From NCBI RefSeq assembly GCF_009914755.1, contig NC_060926.1: a DNA stretch of 64,000 nt; one strand, 5' to 3'. Each line of letters opens with the position of its first letter. Within the stretch, counting starts at the first letter, position 1. Source of the DNA: the human T2T-CHM13v2.0 reference genome, Homo sapiens. Positions 52,591 through 64,000 of this stretch are shown here, in pieces. Under the pieces are notes generated by a model. It searched no databases. It saw only the letters and a list, made by a program, of their open reading frames with translations, and was not told the origin of the DNA. The translations under genes and the position numbers were made by a program.

Positions 52591-52890
52591 GCTGGGTGTG
52601 GTGGTTCACGCCTATAATCCTAGCATTTTAGGAGGCCCAGGCAGGAGGATCGCTTCAGCCCAGGAGTTTGAGGCCAGCCTGGGCAACATGACAAAAACCT
52701 GTCTCTACAAAAAATTTAAAAATTTAGCAGGGTGTGGTGACAGGCACATGTGGTGCCAGCTGCTTGGGAGGCTGAGGTGAGAGGATCATCTGGGCCTAGG
52801 AGGTTGAGGTTGTGGTGAGCTGTGATCGTGCCACTGTACTCTAGCTTGGACAACATAGTGAAAACCCGCCTCAAGCAAGCAAGCAAGCAA
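52591..52890 (+). mobile_element. AluJ with (CAAG)n tail
   Basis: GGAGGATCGCTTCAGCCCAGGAGTTTGAGGCCAGCCTGGGCAACA; TSD A(A/C)ACCTCTGA(A/T)ATC. Confidence 0.93.
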
Positions 52891-53099
52891 ACACCTCTGA
52901 TATCTCTCTCACATTTTCTTTCCCCAAAGAAAGTCCTACACAGAAGGAGTTTGTGTCCAAAAATGAGAATACCCAAGAAAAGGAACCAGGGGGTAGTTTC
53001 ACGACTGTGTAAATATGCTAAAAAAAAAAAATTGAACTGTACAGTTTAAGTAAGTGAAATATATTGTATGTGAATTATATTTCAATAAATCTTTTTAAA

Positions 53100-56080
<2,981 letters not shown>

Positions 56081-57738
56081 AATTATATTTTTTATTTCCA
56101 AGCATTAATTTAGCCTGTTTTATCAGACCTCTACGGTCTTTTAAAAATATTATTTTTTCTCTTCATATAAATGATTTGAATATTCAATCCCTTCTTTCAT
56201 TTAAACAGATTAAATACACCTATTTTATAAATCTTGTCTAATAATTCAATACGTGAAGGCTTTGTAAGTCTTATTCAGCTGTTTCTTTTCCGCTGGCACT
56301 TAACTTTGAGTGGCATATTGCTTGTTTTGGTTTATTTGTTCATTTTTAGATTCTTGACTGTACTATCATACTCCTTGGAACTTGTCTAAAAGAATTCTTC
56401 TTCAGAAGAGATTTGCATTCACTTCAGCAGTGGCCAGGGAGCACAGTCATTTTAAATGATATTCTTGGCTTGAGGATTTGTGGATCACTGAGACGGTACA
56501 AAATCAGTGGTATTAGGTAGCGTTTTTGTTCATTTTGATAGGTGGTATTTTCTTCTTTTTAAAAAAGTTCTAAGTATTTTCTAATTTTCACTATGATTTC
56601 TTCTTCGATTGATGGATTATTTCAAAGCTTCCAGACTTTTGTTATTGTTTTTTTTTTTTTTTTTTTTTTGCTACCCTCAATTACCTTTATGAGCATTCTG
56701 CAAGTGAACTTTCATCACTACTGTTTTATTCAGGCCTTGGATACCTCTTGCTTGTAGTAGAATAACCACTGCACACTGTCTATGGCACCAGTGTTGTCTC
56801 TCCGCTCATGTTCTTTGCTTTTTTGTTGCTGTTGTTGTTTTAACTGTATGTAATGGCATGTCTAACTGAGATCTTACATAACTATTCCAGAGAAAAATTC
56901 ACAGACAAAACCTCCTATAGAGGACATCAGGGAGGAATTGAATCACCTGGGTTCACCTGAAACAATAGAGCCCATTGAATCAGGGCAGTCAAACATGCTT
57001 CCTCTGAGGACACAGTATTGATTTGTTTAATTTCTGAAAGGTCATCTGCCCTGAGAAAGGAAAGGGAAATTGTTCATTCTCTTCGATGGTCTGTAACCTC
57101 ATCCCTAACAGTTGCAAGGACATGTGTATGGGGAAGAATCTCTCCTTCTCCTCATTCCCCCTCCTCCACTGCTATACAGACATAACTGCTTGAATTTACG
57201 TTCATCACCATGTCCTGAGATGGGCTTTATTTGCCAGACTTCATGTTTTCCATAGAGGCTTGCCATGGGAAAGCCTCTCCTTCTAAGCCCCTCAAATCAA
57301 CAGATAAGGCATTATTCCCCCATTGGATTCATCCTTGGATTATCTTCAGTTCACTAACAATTCCTGATCAGTATACCTATCTAAGCCTGATTCTAAGTCA
57401 GTGTCTATTCACACTGACTTACATATTACCAGCTCCAGAAGGCAAAACACAAGCCAACAGAGTCAAAATCAAGCCAAGTCCAGGCCCCCATTAACTTGTA
57501 CCAACTGCAGCAACTACCTCCTGACTGATCTCCCTGACTTCTATTCCTCCCACCACCCGCTACACGTCTGCCAGAGAATTGTCCTCAAATAGTACATATT
57601 TAAATACCCCCCAAATGAAATCCTTTCCCCCACCAACAATCTTCAGTGGATCCTCTTTGCTTAAAAAATAAGGTACAAATGAAGAGAACCAGAAATGGCA
57701 GATAACAAGGTAAATATAACATACTATATAAATATATA

Positions 57739-58074
57739 TGGTTAACCCCCTGTATTTGTGATTTCCACATCCATGAATTCACCCAACTGCAATGAAAAAT
57801 ATTCCTCCACCCAAAAGTGAATGGCTGAGTCTGTACTGAACATGTATGGACTTTTTTTCCTGTCATTATCCCTTTGTAATGGGTATTTACATAGTGTTTA
57901 CATTGTATTAGGTATTGTAAGACATCTAGAAATGATTTAAAGTATACGGGAGGATGTGCGTAGGATATATGCAAATACTACACCATTTTATGTATCAAGG
58001 ACTTGAGCATTTGTGAATTATGGTAGCTTCGGGAGGCCTGGAACCAATCTCCCATGGATACTGAGGGAAAACTG
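57739..58074 (-). mobile_element. MER2/Tigger3a-type TcMar MITE
   Basis: GGAACCAATCTCCCATGGATACTGAGGGAAAACTG end with TA flank; TACATTGTATTAGGTATT...ATGCAAATACTACACCATTTTA. Confidence 0.85.
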
Positions 58075-58378
58075 TACTTGCTTTCTTTTCTCAGCATCTT
58101 TAATAGACATAAAGATACATAAAGTAATAATCATACCAACATATTGTTGGGTTTGTAACATTATATATATATATATGTAACAACAACATAATATATAACA
58201 TAACACTAATAGTATAAGAAGGGAAGAGAGGGAATAGAGTTATAGGAGTAACATTTCTTTATCTCACTGAGATTAAGTTAGTATAAATCTGAAGTAGGTT
58301 ATGCTAGCTTAATGTTTATATGGCAAGCCTAGAGAAACACTAAAAATATAACTCCAAAGACATCACAAATAAAGAGAG

Positions 58379-58804
58379 CGTGTTAGTCTGTCCTTGCACT
58401 GCTATAAAGAAATACCTGAGACTGGGTAATTTATAAAGAAAAGAGGTTTAATTCTGCAGGCTTTATAGGAAGCATGATGCTGGCATCTGCTCAGCTTCTG
58501 GGTGGGGGAGCCTCAGGAAGCTTACAATCATGATGGAAGGTGAAGGGGGAGCAGGCACGTCACATGGTGAGAATGAAAGCAACAGTGTGAGAGACTAGAG
58601 GGAGGGGAGATGCCACATACTTTTAAATGACCAGATCTCATGTGAACTCAGAGTGAGAGCTCACTTATCACCAAGAGGATGGCCCAAGTCATTCATGAGG
58701 GATCTGTCCCCATGGTCCAAACACCTCCCACCACGCTGTCTCCAACATTGGGGATTACACTTCAACATGAGATTTGGGCAAGGACAAATATCCAGACTAT
58801 ATCA
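58379..58804 (-). mobile_element. MSTB MaLR solo LTR
   Basis: GTGTTAGTCTGT...GCTATAAAGAAATACCTGAGACTGGG...CATTCATGAGGGATCTG...ATATCCAGACTATATCA; TSD GAGA(G/A). Confidence 0.9.
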
Positions 58805-58903
58805 GAGAAGTATAGACCAATATCTGTTATGCATGCAGCTATAAAAACCCTCAGCAAAATACTAGCAAATCAAATCCAGTAATATATACAAAGGATTGTA
58901 CAT

Positions 58904-59343
58904 TATATATAAGTTTGCCAGGGCTGCCATAATGAAGTTCCACAAACTGGGTGGTTTAAACAACAAAAACTTATTGTCTCACTGTTCTGGAAGCTATAAG
59001 TCCAAGATCAATGTGTTGGGAGGGTTGGTTGGTTCCTTTTGAGGGCACTAGGGAACGATCTGTTCTAGGCCTCTCTTCTACCTTCTGGTAGTTTCTCGGT
59101 TTGTGGCAGCATAACTCCAATCTTCACATGACATTCCCCCTGTGTATGTGTCTATATCCAAATTTCCCCTTTTTATAAGGACAACAGTTATATTGGACTA
59201 GGGCCCACTTTAATCCCATATGATCTCATTTTAACTAATGACATCCACAATGACCCTATTTGCAAATACAGTCACATTCTGAGGTACTGGGGATTAGGAC
59301 TTCAACATATGAATTTTTGGAGGTCACAATTCAACCCATAACA
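58904..59343 (-). mobile_element. MLT1B MaLR solo LTR
   Basis: AGGGCTGCCATAA...CACAAACTGGGTGG...CACATTCTGAGGTACTGGGGATTAGGACTTCAACATATGAATTT...CAACCCATAACA. Confidence 0.88.
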
Positions 59344-60099
59344 TACCCCTTGACCAAGCAGAATTTATCCCAGGAATGCAAGATTGGTTTAACATTTGAA
59401 AATTAACTAATGTAACATACCATATTAACAGAATAAAAGACAAACCCTGCAAGATCATCTCAATAGATGTAGAAAAAGAACCTGAAACAATTCAATACCC
59501 CTTTATGATAAAAATATTTTTAAAAAAAAGGAATAGAAAGGACCTTTTGCAACTTGATAAAGGGTACATACAAAACCCCCCACATAGCTAACATCATACT
59601 TCATGATGAAAGACTGAATGCTTTCCCCTGAAGATCAAGAACAAGACAACAATGTCCACTCTCACTATTTCTATTCAACGTTGTACTGGAGGTTCCAGTC
59701 AGATAAATTAGGCAGGAAAATTAAATGTAAGAAATTCAGATTAGAAAGACAGAGATAAAACTCCATTCACAAATGGTATGATCTTATAATACAGAAAATC
59801 CAGAAAAATCTGCTAAAAAACTATTAGAACTAATAAAATGAGTTCAGCAAGGTTGCAGGATACAAGATCAATATAAAAAATAAATTGTCTTTCTATACAG
59901 TTGCAGTGAACATTCAGAAAAGAAATGTAAGAAATCAATCTCACTTATAACTGCATTAAAAATTAAAATACTTAGGAACAGATGTAACAAAAGAAGTGTA
60001 AAACTTATATGCTGCAAACAACAAAACATTGTTGAGAGAAATTAAGGACTGCCTAGATAAATGGAAAGACAGCCCATGTTCATGGATTGGAAGACAATA

Positions 60100-60447
60100 T
60101 AGGTGTGCCTCAATATTCATAGGGGATTGTTTCCAGAATCCCCCTTGAACACCAAAATCCACAAATGCTCATGTCCCTTATATAAAATGGTATAGTATTT
60201 GCATACAACCTATACACATTGCCTCATACACTGTGCTTTAAGTCATCGCTAGATTACTTACAATACCTAATACAATGTAAATGCTATGTAAATAATTGTT
60301 ACACTGTACGGTTTAGGGAAAAATGAAAAAAAAAAACTCTGTATACATTCAGTTACAGATGCAGCTATCCAGTTTTTTCCAAATATTTTTTATCTGCAGT
60401 TGGTTGAATCCACAGATGCAAAACCCATGAATATGGAGGGCTGACTG
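60100..60447 (+). mobile_element. MER2/Tigger3a-type TcMar MITE
   Basis: GGGGATTGTTTCCAG...CCCTTATATAAAATGG...TTGGTTGAATCCACAGATGC...GGAGGGCTGACTG. Confidence 0.88.
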
Positions 60448-60609
60448 TTCTATTAAGAGGCTATATCCCCCCAAATTGACCCACATATTCAACACAATCC
60501 CTATTAAGATCTCAGCTGACTTCTCTGCAGAAATTGACAAGTTGGTCCTAAAATCCATACGAAAATGCAAGGAACCCAGAATAGCCAAAACAACCTTGAG
60601 AATGAAAAA

Positions 60610-61194
<585 letters not shown>

Positions 61195-61611
61195 TAATTG
61201 GGGAAAGAATTGTCTTTTCAACAAAGAATGTAGGGACAACTGGATATGCATAGGCAAAAGAATCAGTGTGGACCTCTACCTCATTCCACATGCAAATTAA
61301 TTCAAAGTGGATCAGATACCTAAATTTAAGAGCTAAAACTATTAAACACAAGAAAACAGAGGCATAATTATCCTGACCTTGGATTAGGCATGTTTATTAA
61401 ATGATACCAAAAGCTCAAGCCCAAAAGAAAAAAATAAATTGACCCTCATACCAATTAAACATTTTGTGCTTCAAAAGGCACTATTAAGAAAGTGAAAAGA
61501 AAACTCACAGAATGGGATAAAGTTTTTATTTATCTGATAAGAAACTTGTATTTAGAATATATAAAGAACTCCCACAATGTAGTAAAAATAACCTAATATA
61601 AAATATGGTCA

Positions 61612-61905
61612 GGCTGGGCGCAGTGGCTCACTCCTGTAATCCCAGCACTTTGGGAGGCCAAGGCGGGTGGATCACGAGGTTAGGAGTTCGAGACCTGCCT
61701 GGCCAATATGGTGAAACCCCATCTCTATTAAAAATACAAAAATTGGCCAGGTGTGGTGGCCTGTGCCTATAGTCCCAGCTACTCGTGAGGCTGAGGCAGA
61801 AGAATCACTTGAACCCAGGAGGCAAAGTGTTTCAGTGAGCCGAGATCGCACCACTGCACTCCAGCCTGGGTGACAGAGCAAGACTCCATCTCAAAAAAAA
61901 AAAAA
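61612..61905 (+). mobile_element. AluSg-like
   Basis: Full Alu; TSD AAAATATGGTCA at 61600-61611 and 61906-61917. Confidence 0.96.
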
Positions 61906-63480
61906 AAAATATGGTCAGAGTCTGAATAGACATTTCTTCAAAGATATGCAAATGACCAATAAGCATATGAAAAAATGCTCAATGTTGTTATTCATGAGGG
62001 AAATACAAATTAAAACCACAGTGTGAAACCACTTCACACCCACTAAGGATGGCTACAATAAAAAATACAAACAACAACAAGTGTTGATGAGGATATAGAA
62101 AAATTGTAACCCTCATACATTGCTGGTGAGAATGTAAAGTGGTACAGCCACTTTGGCAAGCAATCTTTTGAAGAACTCAAAAGATTAAACATAAAGTTAC
62201 CATTTAAAGACTCAGTAATTTCACTACTAGATGTACACCCAAGAGAAATGAAAACATATGTTTACACAAAAACTTGTGTTTGAATGTTCATGGCAGAATA
62301 ATTCATAATAGCCAAAACATGGAAAGAACCCAATGTCTATCAACTCATGAATGGATAAGTAACATGTTGTATATTCATATAGGAGAATATTATTCAGCAA
62401 TAAAAAGAAATAGACTATTACTACATGCTACAACAGGAATGAACCTTGAAAACATTACACTAAGTGAGAGAAGCCAGTTGCAAAAGACCACGTACTGTAT
62501 GACTGCATTTATATGAAATGTCCAGAATAGGCCAATCCATAGAGACAAAGTAGTTGTCTGCTAATGGGGGTACAGGTTCTCTTGATGGGGTGATGAAAAT
62601 GATAATATGTATTGTAATGGTTGCAGAACTCTTTGAATATATTCAAAACCATTGATTGGTACCCTTTAAATATGTGAATTGTATGATATGTGAATTATAT
62701 CTCAATAAAACTGTTAGCAAAAGAGCAAGATTGTGCAAGGGAAAGTTTCTAGACACAAAATTTTTGATTGCAGACTATTTTCTTTGGTTCTGGCCCTATT
62801 CACTCAGGCCAGCAAACTGTATTAGCGAAGAGTTGGCCAAAGCCCAAAGGAACTCTCTTGATCTGTGCTTTGCCCTGAGCAATTTATTTTTAAATAACCC
62901 TTTGTCAAATTAGACATACACAGTCTAGTTTTGCATATACTCTCCTAGGGTTTTTGATGTTTTTATCTTAGGAGGACAGGGGCATGGAGGGTATGTTTTC
63001 TTGTTTGAAAGATGTGATGGGTTAAGGGCCAATTGTCAGTTTTAGTTTTCTTGGCCCCTGACTCATTCATTTTCAACTCCAACAGCTTCCAGTATCAATC
63101 ACACAAGAGCCAAACTCTCCATGAGCCAGAGAGATCTCCCCACTGCCCAGAATTTCTAATTTTCTTTCTTTAATGGATATGCAGCCGCTGCTCAGTGCTC
63201 TTGGAGATCTAGGTGGGAGGGAAATGATCCAAGGGAACCTTGTAAACAATGAAGAAATAAGAGAAGTTTTGGCGCCTTGGTCACCTGGTGCTGCAACAAA
63301 TTGTGAGGCCAGGGATAAGGTTCTGGGACTGGATTGCCTTGGAGCTGGTTGGGTTGCACGGGTTAGAGTGGAGTTCCACAAGTAGAGAACAGGAGCAAAA
63401 AACAATTGGGGTGGAAGAGTGGGGGGCAGTTCAGGTAAGCTAAGTTAGTTTGAAAGACTCAATTCTAATGCTCTGGAAGC

Positions 63481-64000
63481 TGTACTGGACTGGTTTATGA
63501 AGCTCGCTCAAAGCCCCATAATCCACTATTTACTCGGTCTTGCCTGTATCCCTCCCACCCCTGTCCTCAGCCAGTGGCTCCATGGGAAGCCTGTTTGCTA
63601 CTACAGTCACGGTGCATGCTGTCTCACCTTAGCTGGGGGTGGTAAGGACCAGACTTCAGTGTGGTCTCCTTCTCACCTGCTGCTGTGGGATCCAAAGTAG
63701 CTCAAGCACAAGGGTCTGACTCAACTGGTTCTACTTCCTTAGCAGCTGTCCACAGAAGCCAAGTAATAAAACCTTGAAGTATGGAGGAATCAATGCCTGG
63801 TAAGGTGAACATTAACTAGTAAGAAAGAAACAGGAGTCAGGAGGGAGACAGCCAATGAATTCTCTTCCCTACCTTCCTTCCACCCTTCCACTGTTCTGTG
63901 CCACCATCATACCACAGAGCTTCTTCCATGACAACCTGGTGACTAAGAAACTGGCAATGTTTTCTTATGAGTCTATGACTAGCTAAGTAACACAGCACTT
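63481..64000 (+). mobile_element. Probable old ERVL-class LTR (LTR16/LTR33-like), runs off the window
   Basis: Starts TGTACTGG; GGGAGACAGCCAATGAATTCTCTTCCC resembles ERVL LTR internals; weak. Confidence 0.35.

Overview
Non-coding primate (very probably human) genomic DNA, intergenic or intronic. I find no credible protein-coding exon, RNA gene or CRISPR array; the ORF track consists of chance ORFs, many inside Alu, LTR or L2 repeats. The first ~43 kb is a mosaic of old repeats (MIR, L2, L3/CR1, MaLR and ERV1 LTRs, MER20/MER5B), several Alus and repeat-free islands dense in developmental transcription-factor motifs (candidate enhancers). The last ~20 kb is AT-rich and almost all nested L1M/HAL1, DNA-transposon fossils, LTRs and Alus. 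The most notable observations are: (1) a cluster of ancient local templated duplications at 28.7-34.8 kb, including an inverted-plus-direct copy that preserves the empty site of an AluSp; (2) a piggyBac (PGBD3-like) transposase fossil lying antisense inside a hAT-Charlie shell at 45.5-48.1 kb; (3) a CpG-rich element with inverted TCF/LEF sites paired with GCCGCC helper motifs at 17.6 kb; (4) eight forkhead cores in ~210 bp at 2.0-2.25 kb; (5) a MADE1 with a fold-back insertion. Repeat subfamily names come from recalled consensus features, not a database search, and boundaries without target-site duplications (TSDs) are approximate.
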